A stretch of 54,067 nucleotides of DNA from positions 1 to 54,067 of the forward strand of contig NW_021835554.1 of assembly GCF_006345805.1 (NCBI RefSeq), in the 5' to 3' direction. A program made the position numbers and the translations under genes. The notes beneath the pieces were generated by a model. It was given only the letters and a program-made list of their open reading frames with translations, was not told the DNA's origin and searched no databases. The DNA is from Octopus sinensis (Eukaryota). Shown here one piece after another: positions 23,049-36,493 of this stretch (position 1 is its first letter; the number at the start of each line of letters is the position of its first letter).

Positions 23049-23100
23049 TAAAGGCGGTGCTCCAGCATGGCCGTAATCCAATGACTGAAACAAGCAAAAT
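23049..23100 (+). mobile_element. SINE B 3' tail fragment
   Basis: TAAAGGCGGTGCTCCAGCATGGCCGTAATCCAATGACTGAAACAAG. Confidence 0.8.
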
Positions 23101-23123
23101 AATATCAGAAACATATATATATA

Positions 23124-23669
23124 TTCTTTTATTTGTTTTAGTCATTTGACTGCGGCCATGCTGTGGCACCGCCTTTAGTCGAGCATATTGACCCCAGGAA
23201 TTATTCTATCGATCGCTTTTGTCGAACCGCTAGTTACGTGGACGTAAACACTCCAGTATCGATTGTCAAGCAACGCTGGGGGGACAAACACATACACACA
23301 AACATATATATGTGACCTCGTGTGTACCGTTGGCGATTTTTTCCTCTGTCTTCCCTTCTCTGGATCTTTCCTTCTCTTATGTTTCCGACGAAGAGCTCCG
23401 CTCGAAAAGCCAAACCCTCCTTCTTTCCTTCTTTCCCGAGCGTCCAATAATACTATATTTGTTCCACGTCCTCGCGTTGTTGTGTTTTTTTGTGCTTTCT
23501 TGTTTGGATTAACTATATATATATATATACGACAGGCTTCTTTCAGTTTCTATCTACCAAATCCGCTCACAAGGCTTTGGACACTTGTCCAATGTGCCAC
23601 ACAGTAGGACTGAACCTGGAATCTTGTGGCTGATAAGCAAGCTACTTACTACGCAGCCACCCCTGTACC
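23124..23669 (-). mobile_element. SINE B with a 200-bp foreign insert (23313-23512) in its internal microsatellite
   Basis: B 3' half 23124-23312 and B 5' half 23530-23669 separated by unrelated sequence. Confidence 0.9.
23381..23415 (+). ncRNA. Degenerate minimal hammerhead-like motif in insert P5
   Basis: GTTT-CCGACGA-A-GAGC(TCC)GCTC-GAAA-AG-CC-AAAC; stems I and II intact, stem III and cleavage triplet mutated. Confidence 0.4.
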
Positions 23670-23879
23670 TATATATATATATATATAGAAAGAGAGAGAG
23701 AGCTGTTTAGACTGGTAGATTAATAGTCAAATAGACAGTAGACACACGTAGAGACAAGAAGATAAATCTACTAAAAAATTAAGAGATAGGAATTTTGAAA
23801 GAAATGAAAAAGATAGAGAGGAATAAATAGGTTACTCAATTTTATAGATAGATAGACAGACCGGCAAAAGACAGAGAGA

Positions 23880-24015
<136 letters not shown>

Positions 24016-24609
24016 AAAATAGATACACGTATAAACAATAGACAGATATTGAAGGAAACAAGCAACACGGTGTCAGTAGAAAATGGTTTCCGCGTGTCAC
24101 ATACACATATTAACACATTTGCATATACACATACACAGAAACATACACAAACACCACACACATACATACACATACATATTCACACTCTCATACACACGTA
24201 CACACACATACATCACTAACACGCACACACATACTGACATGCTCACGCACGGAGTTCATAACACAAAGATGAATTAAGGAATGATGTAGAGCTGTGTTGA
24301 AAAGTCACGCGCGATCCCAAGGCGGTCGAGGCGGCAACGTGTCAAACATCGGTGTGACCATAACGGATTACAGATTTTGGATTTCTTTGCATTGAAACAA
24401 ATCACTGACTGAAATTAGCGGTCACGAGTCTTACTGGACGATTAAAAGCTTGCTTCCTTTTTACTTCTTGCAGTTCACCGTCACCCAGTCCCTCCTCGCC
24501 ATCCACTTTCGTCTTGCTCTTTGCTGCGTCTCCATTTTTTGTTTTTCTTTTTTCTTTTTTTTTTTTTTGTTTCTTGTTTTTTTTTACTACTCTCGCCTTT
24601 CCCACCTCC

Positions 24610-24745
24610 AACACCACCACCACTTCTCATGCATGGCTTTCACTGCCGTCATCACAACCATCAGAATCACCGCCATCATTGACAAAATCATCATGGCCAT
24701 CACCATCATGATCATCATGATCATCATGATGATGATCATCATCAC

Positions 24746-24778
<33 letters not shown>

Positions 24779-24897
24779 AATCACAATCATCATCGTCATC
24801 ATCATCATCATCATCACCCCCACCACCACCACCCACCACCATCATCATCATCATCGTCATCATAATCACAAACATTATCATCGTCATCATCAAAATC

Positions 24898-24934
<37 letters not shown>

Positions 24935-25110
24935 CCGCTATCATCATTATTATCACTGTTACCGCCATCGTCGCCGACATCACAGATATCAACACCACCT
25001 GCATCAACATCATCACAACCATCACCACTACCACCACCATCATCACTATTATCATTAACCACCACCACCACCACCACCACCACCACCATCATCACCATCG
25101 TCGATATCAG
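24610..25110. repeat. Cryptic CAT/CAC trinucleotide tract
   Basis: Directly visible. Confidence 0.95.
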
Positions 25111-25140
25111 CATCACTGCAGGAATTATGGTGGTCGCTCA

Positions 25141-25190
25141 ACCTGCTGGAAATAGGAGCCAAATACTTTTCTAGTCAGACGACGCCCTTC
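25141..25190 (+). repeat. Dispersed repeat E fragment; also at ~31986, ~32238 and ~36626
   Basis: Shared motif TGCT(A/G)GAAAT(A/G/T)G...CAAAT seen four times. Confidence 0.5.
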
Positions 25191-26403
25191 ATTTCGCGAT
25201 ATGAAATGGAAGGCTGTCCCCGTGTTTTTTCGCAGTTCGTTGTATGTGGGGGCATGTTGGGATGGTCATGGATAGAATGTATTTGGACATGCATAGGTTT
25301 CTGCTGAGGTTGAACAAAAACTGTCATTAACACAAATACTGCTGTCATAGACGCTGTTGCATAGCCACAATCAAATCAATCATCCTCATCCACTTCCTGC
25401 TCCTCCCCCTCCTCCCGCTTCATCCTCCTCCTTCTTCACCCCCTCATCATCATCATCATCATATCATCATCATCATCATCGCCGGCGTCATTGTCGTCGT
25501 TGTCGTCGTCCTCCTACTCCTCCACTTCTTCAATATATATCATCATCATCATCATCATCATCATCACCACCATCATCACATCATCATCATCATCATCATT
25601 ATCGTCGTTGTCGTAGTCGTTGTCGTCGTCATGGTCATGATCATCATCAAACATCATCGTCATCACCACCACCCACCACCACCACCACCACCACCCACCA
25701 CCAATATCATCATAACGACTACTACTGCACTGTCACCATCAAACTCACGTGATACCACCGCCGCCAAGATCATGTGGCATTTTGCATATAAACGAGGCCA
25801 AACTGGAGCAATCTCTTTTTGCTGAATTTTAGATAGCTTCGTATGGAAGTTTCGATTTTCTTTACCTTTTCCTCTTCCGCCTCCTTCTTCCTGTATTTCA
25901 TTCTTCTTCTTCTTCTTCTTCTTCTTCTTCTTCTTCTTCTTCTTCTTCTTCTTTTCTCTACTTTTCCTCCTCTGCCTCCTTCTTCTTATCCTTCGTGTTC
26001 TTGTTCTTCTTTTTCTTTTTCTTCTTTTTTCTTTTTCTTCTTTTTCTTCTTCTTCATCATCATCATATTCTCTCCCCTCCGTATTTTTCCTATTCTTTTT
26101 CTCCCTTTTCTTCTCCTCCTACTCCTCCTTCCCTTCATCTCCACCCTTCTCATTCCACTGCTTTACTTTTCCCTCTTCTTCTCCTCATCCTCCTCTCCCC
26201 CCATTCCTTTTCTTCCTTCTCCATCTTCTCCTCTTCTTCCAATTGTATCTACCAAAGTTGATTTTGAATTTCATTTTGTTGTTGCTGCTTTTACAATTAC
26301 ATTTATTGGTGTTGTTGCTGTTATTGATACCATTGTCGACGTCTTTATATACATATACATACATTTATATATATGTATATATGTATATATGTATATATAT
26401 TAT

Positions 26404-26454
<51 letters not shown>

Positions 26455-26794
26455 CATATACATATATATGTATGTGTGTATATGTATAAATATGTATATA
26501 TACATACATACACACCCACACACGCACAAACATACATATATATGTATAAAGACAATTAGCCGTAACAAGCAAACATCATTGTTATTTGGGGCCGTAGCCC
26601 GGTGGATATTTGCGCATTTGGGGTCGAGTAAATGATTACGGACAATGCTAAAGGTGTGGGAGGTAAGGACTAGGAGTGAGGATGAGAGGTTTCCCTGTCG
26701 GACATAACGATGTAATCCTAGAAAACCCATCAATAGATGAAACTATATGTATGTTTGTGTTTAAGTGTATATTTCTCTCTGGGTTTCACCATGC

Positions 26795-26838
<44 letters not shown>

Positions 26839-26878
26839 ACAATGTAATGTTGCATGGGTGTAGAGACACATGCGAGTG

Positions 26879-26909
<31 letters not shown>

Positions 26910-26992
26910 CTGTGTATGAATAAATGTGTGGTATGTATATGATGAATACGTATATATGTTTCTCTCTCTCTCTAATATATATATATATGATA

Positions 26993-27064
<72 letters not shown>

Positions 27065-27120
27065 TACATAATACTATATATATACACATGTTTGCATGAC
27101 ATGATGTATGCATTTATATG

Positions 27121-27154
<34 letters not shown>

Positions 27155-27789
27155 GCATATATATATACATGTATATATGTGTCTGTGCGTATGGATATCT
27201 GTGTGTATTTGTGCATATATATGTGTGTGTGTGTTTGTGTGTGTATACCTGTGTGTATGTATCCCGCGTGTGTGTGTGTGTGTGTGTGTAAATCTATATG
27301 CATATATGTGTAAGTGAATGTGTTTTTTCGCTTAACAGCATGTATGTCCGTATCTACGCCTGCGTATATATGTACACGTGAATGCCTGCTCACGCATGCG
27401 CGGGTGTTAGCGTAGGCATGTGTGTGCGTGTTCGGGTATACATTTACACACGTGATATATTTGTGCATCCTTGTCTACGAGCACCTCCGTGCATTAATGA
27501 GAATCCAAGAGACAAAATGATCATGCATCTTTCTCCTTTATTATTATTTTCTATATATTTATATTTTTTATTATTTTTAAGTCTTAAATCTTATTACGAT
27601 TAGATTGATGTTCTTGTTGGTGCTGGCGGTATCAGCGGCGGCGGCAGCGGTGGTCTCCGTCTTCATCCTTGTCGTCGTGATAGTAACCATGGCGGTTTTG
27701 GCGTTGGTCGGGTATTAATTCTTTTCTAATGAAAATTTTATTAGCCGAAATATTATGATATATGTTGTTCGCTTTTTTTTGGGCGTTTG

Positions 27790-28385
27790 CACTTGATGTT
27801 CATGTTGTTGTAGTTGCATTGGTATCGTTGTCATTGCTGCTGTTGTTGTTCTTGTTGTTGTTATGTGTGCTATTGTTGTTGTTGGTAGTGATAGTCATGA
27901 TGTCATTGTTGGTGGTGATGGTGATGGTGATGGTGATGATCGGTGGCGGTATTGCTGGAGTAATGATGACCGCGGTGGTGTCAATGGTAGTGATAGTGTT
28001 GCTGTTATTATTGTTATCGTTGTTGTTGTTGCTGTTGCTAGTGGTGGTAGTGTTGATGGTGGAGATATTGGTAGTAATACTAACAGTGGTATTGGCGGTG
28101 GTAATGTTTGTAGACGTAGTGGTGGTGGTGGTGGGGTTAATGATGGTAGTGGTATTGGCGGTAGTGGTGCCGGTGGCAGTGGTGTTGGTGGTAGCGGTAT
28201 TGGTGGTAGTGCTGGTGGTGGCGGTGATGGTTGTGGTTGTGATGGTGGTGGTTGTGATGGTGGTGGTTGTGATGGTGGTGGTTATGATGGTGGTGGTTGT
28301 GATGGTGGTGGTTGTGATAGTGGTGGCGTTGTTGCTCTTGTTGTTGTGGTGGTGGTGGCGAAGACGGTAATGGTATCGGTGGTAG
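27790..28385. repeat. Cryptic GGT/GTT/GAT tract
   Basis: Directly visible; source of poly-V/G/T ORFs. Confidence 0.9.
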
Positions 28386-28387
28386 TA

Positions 28388-28670
28388 AGTGGATTTGGTA
28401 GACGGAAACTGAAAGAAGCTCGTCGCATATGTATATATGTATATGTCTGTGTGTATATGTTTGTGTGTCTGTATTTGTCCCCCAACATCGCTTGACAACC
28501 GCTGCTGGTGTGTTTACGTCTCTGTAACTTAGCGGATCGGCAAAAGAGACCGATAGAATAAGTACTAGGCTTACAAAGAATAAGTCCTGGAGTCGATTTG
28601 ATCAACTAAAGGCGGTGCTCCAGCATGGCCGCAGTCAAATGACTGAAACGAATAAACGAATAAAAGAATA
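28388..28670 (+). mobile_element. SINE B, 5' truncated
   Basis: AGTGGATTTGGTAGACGGAAACTGAAAGAAG...TAAAGGCGGTGCTCCAGCATGGCCGCAGTCAAATGACTGAAAC. Confidence 0.95.
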
Positions 28671-29114
28671 AAAGAAAGGTAAAAAAAGACTAGCAAATCC
28701 AAAAGGCAATGGAACCCAACAAAGATCCTTGAAAACCTTGAGCTACGCAGCCCATGCTACACCTTCGCAATATATACATTTTCACATACAATATGCTGTG
28801 AATGAATGTGTGGCTGTCGTTTGTTGGTTATCACTGTACTTAAACTGATTTGTCGGTGGCCAACTGTTGTGCAGAGAAGCAAATGACAAAATCTGTTCAG
28901 ATTTTTACGAACAAACATTATTTCTTATGTAGAGCGTTTGCATGTTATTGTATTTGGTGTAATTGAAATAGGTATTCCGAATAATGTTGAGAGGTTTCAG
29001 ATATTTTTGTTTTGTGGTAATTGAAATAGCATTAGGATAAACGTTCAAAGAGTTTCGATGTTTTTTTATGGAATAGCATTCGAAAAATTATTGTTTATTG
29101 TCGTGTTTCCGCAG

Positions 29115-29420
29115 GTAGTTCGTCATGATGATATTAGATCGATGAAGCCGCTGCCCGTGTCTGTTCGCCATCTGTTTGCTAGTCATCTCTGTTACGTCCC
29201 AAAGCTCTCTCAGTCTCGGTCGCGGATATGTGCCATTTTATACCAATTGAGCGGCTCAGAAAGAGAAGCACCAAAAGTGCATACTGATTGCGGGAGCCTT
29301 TTCTTCGAGAAGTCCTGATTGGCCATATTTTTGGGATCACGTGAGTAATATTCTTCGCAGGCGAAGTTACAATGGGTCAGAGTCACTGATGATGCTAGGC
29401 AAACGTCCCAGCGAATAAAA
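29115..29420 (-). promoter_or_regulatory. Candidate Pol II promoter island
   Basis: Minus-strand order TCACGTGA (29337-29344), GGCCAATCAG (29315-29324), TATAAAA (29236-29242) in a CpG-richer unique island. Confidence 0.35.
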
Positions 29421-29577
29421 ATGCCGGTTCATAGCTGAATGTTCTCGCCACAAATGTATAAAAGCCACTCAAATAAAGCTTTACAATGTATTAGTAGACT
29501 TGCACACACATATGCGCACACACACAAACACAAACACGCACACACGCAGACGCACACACACACATACACACACAGAG

Positions 29578-29614
<37 letters not shown>

Positions 29615-29747
29615 CGTACGTACATGCAAACATACATATACACGAAATGCGTAGTACACGGGAATCTACAAGATATTTACATCGTAAGCAAAGGCTCGCA
29701 TCAGAAGTATATACACCTTCTAGAGTGTATACATATTCATTCATTTA

Positions 29748-30123
29748 TTTATTTGTTTCAGACATTTAACTATGGCCATCTTGGAACATCGCCTTTAGTC
29801 GAAGAAATCGAGCTCAGGACTTATTTTATCGGTTCCTTTCCCGAATAGTTAAATTACGGGTACGTAAACACACCAACATCGGTTGTCAAACGACGGTGAG
29901 GGTACAAGCACAGACACACAGACACACAGACACACACAAAAGTATACATATTTATAGACCGGGCTTCCTTCAGTTTCCGTCTACCAAATCCACTCAAAAG
30001 GCTTTGGTCAGCCCAAAGACACATAGTAGAAGACACATTCCCCAAGGTACCTCGGAGTGGGACTGAACCCGGAACTATGTAGTTGGGAAGGAAACTTCTT
30101 ACCACACAGCCACTCCTGCGCCT
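29748..30123 (-). mobile_element. SINE B, full length
   Basis: Tail through CTTACCACACAGCCACTCCTGCGCC head. Confidence 0.95.
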
Positions 30124-30164
30124 GTATATACATATATATATGTGTGTGTGTGTGTGTTTATATG

Positions 30165-30198
<34 letters not shown>

Positions 30199-30680
30199 TG
30201 TATGTATGTATGTATGTATGTATATATATATAATATATATATGTATATATACATACATACACACATTCATGTATATATATATACGTATGTACAACATATG
30301 CACAGCTCATACGTATCCATAACTCTACATGAATATAAACATATATCCGCAAAGGAACAATCATGTGTACACACTCACACAAATACGCACTCACACGCAC
30401 ACGCACACACACACACACACACACACATACACACACACAGACGTACACATTTTAAATCAGACTCATGTGTGAGCAGCGTGCAGACAGGCGGTCAGCACAA
30501 ACAAATATAAGAGATACAAACCCTGGCTTCATATACATGCATATATAACTTAAATACGCGCAAAAACAAACCGTGTGTGCATACGTATGCGCTTGCGCGT
30601 GGATGCGTATAACCCCCAACACACACATGTATGTGTGTGTTTGTGTGTTCATACACATACATACATACATACATATATAT

Positions 30681-30722
<42 letters not shown>

Positions 30723-31360
30723 CATATATGTATGTATATATATGGAATTACAAAACTTTGTGAACGATTTCTTCACTAGGGGGTGTTAAATGAAGTGTTT
30801 TCCTTCGCCCGGGTTTCTAATTTAGTCACTCCTGGTGCAAATGTCTATGTATGTGTTTGAAATTGCCTCTGTGTGTGTGTATGTGTTTGTGTGTGTGTGT
30901 GTTTGAGTGTGTCTGTGTGTGTCATTGCATGTTCCTATGTACGTGTATCTGCGTGTGTTAGCTTATAAAATGTCGTCTTAATTGCATCAGCTTTTGTGCG
31001 AAGATCCTACCGCAACCTTTCTTTTTTTTATTATTTCTTTTTTTTTTTCATTTCTTATTTATTTGTTTATTCCGCCACAATCTCACCATGCTGTTCCGCC
31101 CTCCAGCATCCTTCATCCTACACTCATTCTACATAATATCCTCTAGCCCTTAAATCGTACCGCCATTTTCTTTCTCTCCTTTCTATTTCCCTTCCTCATC
31201 ATCCCTTTTCTCCTTCACTTTCTCTAAAAAAAAATTTACCCTCTCTCTTTATTATCTCCTATGTATCTATGTATGTAAGTATGTATTTATTTGTATGTAT
31301 GTATATACTTATACTCACAAACACACTCACACATGCATATAAATGTTCACACACACACAC

Positions 31361-31406
<46 letters not shown>

Positions 31407-31637
31407 TTATATTCGTGTATGTAAATATGCATGTATGTACGTATGTATGTATGTGCATATATTTGTATGTCAGTCTATCTGTTACATCGTTGCTTGTAGA
31501 CAATGTCGTAGATATATATGCGTGGGCATTTCAGAGTTAGTGTGTGTTTGTTTCTATGTTTATTTGTATGTGTGTCTATGTGCGTGTGAGTGAGTGTGGG
31601 TGTGATTCTCGTATGTTAATCAATCCCAACTTAAACC

Positions 31638-31729
<92 letters not shown>

Positions 31730-32479
31730 ATGATGGCATTATGTTCCGGTCGAGGACACAAACCTTAGTAACAGTGTAAATAAGTCCAGCATTCTGTCTT
31801 CATCTGGACCATCGTATCATCACCCCTACTCCATAACAAGCATCAGAACCACTATCAGGAGTAGACCTGCACTTCCGCCCCATTACAGACCCCATCACCG
31901 TTACTTCTAACACCCCTTCCACCACCACCGTCATCATAACTACTATGAAGGACACCTACAATAACCGTAGCACCGTTCACTCGATCTGCTAGAAATGGCG
32001 GCCAGGTCTTTCTCGTATCACGCCCTACGTTTGACACCATGACGTCAGGCATCCTATGCACATGAGAAAACTGGATGATAATAACTGAATGCTTTGATCC
32101 AACGCCTGGTATGTTCGATCAACCGCCCTTGACTTGTTATACAACCAGAAAGTTTGGCTTTCTTATTACTACCGCCGTTTCCACTGTGAGCTTCTCATTT
32201 TGACCGATTAGCCGAGACTATCTTGTCGCTTTATCAGTGCTAGAAATAGTTATCAAATCTCAATCACTACCTATCATAATGTCTAACGTAGTTACAATGT
32301 TACACACATGGAGGAAGTGATTAGTAGATTCAGTAGACCCGGTAACAGCCTGTTACTTTGTTTTATCGACCCCTGAAAGATTTGATATCAGAACGTAATT
32401 CACTGGAGCAAATATCGTGAGATATTTTGTGTAGATTCTGACCCGGGTTATTAATAATTTGTAATATAAAATCATAGGA

Positions 32480-32715
32480 AGGCGGCGAGCTGGCAGAATC
32501 GTTAGCACGCCGGACTAAATGATAAGAGGCATTTCGTCCGTCTTTATGTTCTGAGTTTTAATTCCACCCAAGTCGACTATGCCTATCACCCTTTCGTGCT
32601 CGATAATATGAGTACCAGCCTAATATTGGGATACCAGCTGAATACTTGGGTCAATGTAATCGACTTACACACTTCCTCGAAATTGCTGATCTTGTGCTAA
32701 TTTTGAAGCCAATTT
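32480..32715 (+). mobile_element. SINE A2
   Basis: GGCGGCGAGCTGGCAGAATCGTTAGCACGCCGG...GAAATTGCTGATCTTGTGC; small internal duplication TACCAGC..AATA.TGGG. Confidence 0.9.
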
Positions 32716-32877
32716 GAAGCACATGCTCACACATTTTGGAATAGGAATCTTTCTGAAAATCAACGCCTCAACGCCTCAATGAGGAAACGGAAATAAAACA
32801 AGGTCATAACCAAATAGACGAAGAGCTATAGAGAATTGTTATTTAGTATATGGTCTGCTACCATAGAAGCACTCATT

Positions 32878-33075
32878 GTCAAATGATGAGGGGGGGATAA
32901 ACACAGACACACAAATATATATATATGTATGTATATACGACGGTCTTCTTTCACTTTCCGCCTACCGAATCCACTCACAAGGCTTTAGTCGCCTGAGGCT
33001 ATAATATAAGACACTTGCCTAAGGTGCCACACAGTGGGACTGAACCCGGAACTATGTGACTGAGAAGCAACCACA
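32878..33075 (-). mobile_element. SINE B partial
   Basis: CCACTCACAAGGCTTT...GACACTTGCCTAAGGTGCCACACAGTGGGACTGAACCCGG. Confidence 0.9.
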
Positions 33076-33618
33076 TATTTCCGTGTGTGTGTGTGTGTGT
33101 GTGTGCGTGCGTGTGTGTGGGCGTGTGTGTGTGTGAGTGCGTGCCTTTTGTCCTTTTGAGTGTCTGATTATTTGTGAGCATTATTTGTGAGAAGGCTAAT
33201 CGTGAGAGTCGAATCTTAAGAGAGATAGATCCTTAAAAAGAAAAGGATTTGTATTCAAACTTCTGAAATTTACTGATTTCAATCAATAGAATATGGCCAT
33301 GCTGGAGGAATCGTCTTCAAAACTTTCAGGTGATCGCATCGATCGCGGTCATTATTTTCGTTGGAGATATTTCGTGGAACGCTCTTTAGCTGAAAAGCAG
33401 GGAGGCAACCACGGAGCACAACATGGTATTTCATCCTGGTCTGCACAAATACAATCACTAGTAGACACACACCCACCACACCCACACACAGACACACACA
33501 CAAACACACGCATTCAAAACTTAACATACAGACATGCTTATAAATATATATATATACTTATATGTATGTATGTCTATATATACATACATACATATGTGTG
33601 TGTGCGTGCATGTATGTA

Positions 33619-33657
<39 letters not shown>

Positions 33658-34425
33658 CATATTTACAGATACATATACATACACACATACATATGCATGT
33701 ATGTAAATATGCATATATGCATATATACGTGTGTGTGTGCGCATGTGTTCGTGTGCGTGTTTATGTGTGTGAATGTTAGTTTGTGTGAGCATGCGTATAG
33801 GTGGACGCATCCAAAGCTTAATTACTTTCTCCGTTCGTTCTCTTACAATACCATCACGTCTGCCTCCCATTCTCGTTGTCTCTCCATCTCTCTCTCTTTC
33901 TTTCCCCCAACTCTCACCCTCTTACTTACTCTCTCTTAGTCTCCATGTCTCTATCTTTTCCCCCTCTCTCTCTCTCTCTGTCTCACTCACTGTTTCCACA
34001 ACTCTACCATTCACACCATTTTACAACGTCGTAAATCCTCGCCAAAATCGCCATAAATTTTCATGGCCACAAAACGATTTGTTCTTTCCGGTCAACTCAT
34101 TTCATCAGTCTAGCCTTTCTTTCCTTTGTCCTACATGCGTGTCTGCGTATTTGCATGGATGTACATTGCAGTTTATATTCGTACGCTTATGTACAGGAAT
34201 ATTTGTACGTATACATGTGTGTATGCGTGTCTGTGAATGTGTAAATGTATGTGCCACTGTGTGTGCCTCAACAATTTTATCTGCTTTTGAATCCGTCTGT
34301 TTATCCCTCCGTGTCCCTACTCTCACTCTCCCTTTCTCTTCTTCTCTCTCCCCACATTCTGCACTCTCTCTCCTTCTCTTTCTCTCTCTCTCTTTCTCCC
34401 TCTGTCTCTCCACACACACACACAC

Positions 34426-34467
<42 letters not shown>

Positions 34468-34805
34468 AACACATATAATTATTTAATTTAAACTCTATTG
34501 AAATAAGGGTTACTGATAGTTTCTTGCCTTTGTGACACGTGGCTAAGCAGATTATATAACGTAGTTTGTGTCCCTACGCAATATTCAAACTCTGGCGACA
34601 CGGTTTGCTCTATTTCGAAATAAGAATGTTAGTACAGAGCACCTGGTAAATCACGTATCTTAATGGCAGTAACTATGAGTAACTCTTATTCTAATACAGT
34701 GTACACTAAATTGAGTTTATCTATCTCAGGGTAGAGTAGCTTTTCCCTGATGCTACCTTAATGGAACAGTAAGCTATATGTGTGTGTATGTAGGTGTGTG
34801 TGTAT

Positions 34806-34847
<42 letters not shown>

Positions 34848-35406
34848 CATATATGTATATATATATTTGTGAACAAAATCATGAACAACCTTAATCGATT
34901 TTCGAACATTACTGGGATCTTATCAGAGGCGTCTATGTCATTCTGACAGTCTCCAGAGAAACAAGCAGCCAAACCTATTATATACTCAACAAATAAAGCA
35001 GTTACTCATATATATTTTTTTTTCTTTTTTAAATTTATTAACTATATATAACTATCAAAAAGTATTAAAAAGTTTAATATAAGATAAAAAATAAAACCAC
35101 TACGATCGTTTCATGCCATAACCTAATATATTATATATATATATATAATATATATTATATATATATATATATAATATATATATATATATGCACACATTAT
35201 ATTATATAAAAGAATATAGAAGGGAAAGTTAACTTCTCGAGTCGCACGGATGAATAAGGGACGTTTTCCAGTTTCTGTGGCGTATATATTACCCACTGTG
35301 GTTAGAACCCCGATCTGTAGCAACATGATCCATTTTTGCCTGGTGAATGGACTTCAGCAACATGCATACATACATACATACATACATACATACATACATA
35401 CATACA

Positions 35407-35438
<32 letters not shown>

Positions 35439-35440
35439 CT

Positions 35441-35568
35441 ATTGTGTCTGAGAAGAGTCATTTTCTTTTTGTGCCTTACTATTAACACACTAACCGGTAA
35501 AATTTCCACTTCTTTCTTTTTTTTCCCTTAAATTTTCGTTGCGTCTTGCAAACTTTTCAATAGTCTTA
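35441..35568. mobile_element. Single arm of palindromic element P4
   Basis: TTGTGTCTGAGAAGAGTC...AAATTTTCGTTGCGTCTTGCAA matches 8300-8417. Confidence 0.75.
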
Positions 35569-35999
35569 TATATATACTATTTCTAAAGGATCAATTGTAC
35601 TAAATCGTACCAACATCATCTCAGTACCGGCTCCTTTAGTTCCATACACTGCTGCCATTGATTTTGCATCTGCGTAATTTGAACTCTCGTTCAACACTAC
35701 CATTAATGGACTCCTGTAACACGTAAACTTTCCCGCATCAGGCCCTACAGCTAATGAACTCCTGAAGTATTTTATTTTCCATATGTCATCAGCAGGGCTA
35801 ATCAACTCCTCTAGCACCCAAACTGTCACAGTGAGCCACCACCATCTCCACCACCTCTACCACCACCAGAACATCGACCACAAAAGAGAAATAAATCACG
35901 GGAAGAACCCTCACTCACGACACTTCCATCGACACCATGGATTTTACAAAGAACATTATCGTTGATAACCACAAGAGCAGCGGTTACAACGACGACGAC

Positions 36000-36438
36000 G
36001 ACGATGACAGCAAACAACAACAACAACAACAACAACAACAGAGCCTTTGTAAACAAAATTGACATCATGAACCACCGCAGTAACCGCAATGACAACAACG
36101 AGAACTGCTGCTGCTGCTGCTGCTACAACTACCACTACTACTACTACTACTACTGTTACTACTGCTGCTGCTACGACTACTACTACTTCTAATACTGTTA
36201 ATATATTGCTATCATAATACTATTTCAATAACATCAGCGACACCATTACTATTAATCCCTCTACTACTACCTTACTACTACTACTACTACTACAAGTACT
36301 ACTACTGCCGCTGCTGCTGCTACTGCAACCGCTGCTGCTGCTACTACTACTACTACTGCTACTACTCTCTTACTACTACTACTTCTACAACTACTACTAC
36401 AAGTACTACTACTACCGCTGCTGCTACTACTACTCCCT

Positions 36439-36493
<55 letters not shown>

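Noticed and set aside
24402-24623. Lys-rich minus-strand ORF or plus-strand exon after TTTTACTTCTTGCAG
   Set aside because: It derives from T-rich low-complexity sequence; no matching donor or recognisable motif
34930-34975. CTGACAG-TCT(CC)AGA-GAAAC as a hammerhead
   Set aside because: G8/A9 are wrong and there is no NUH or stem I
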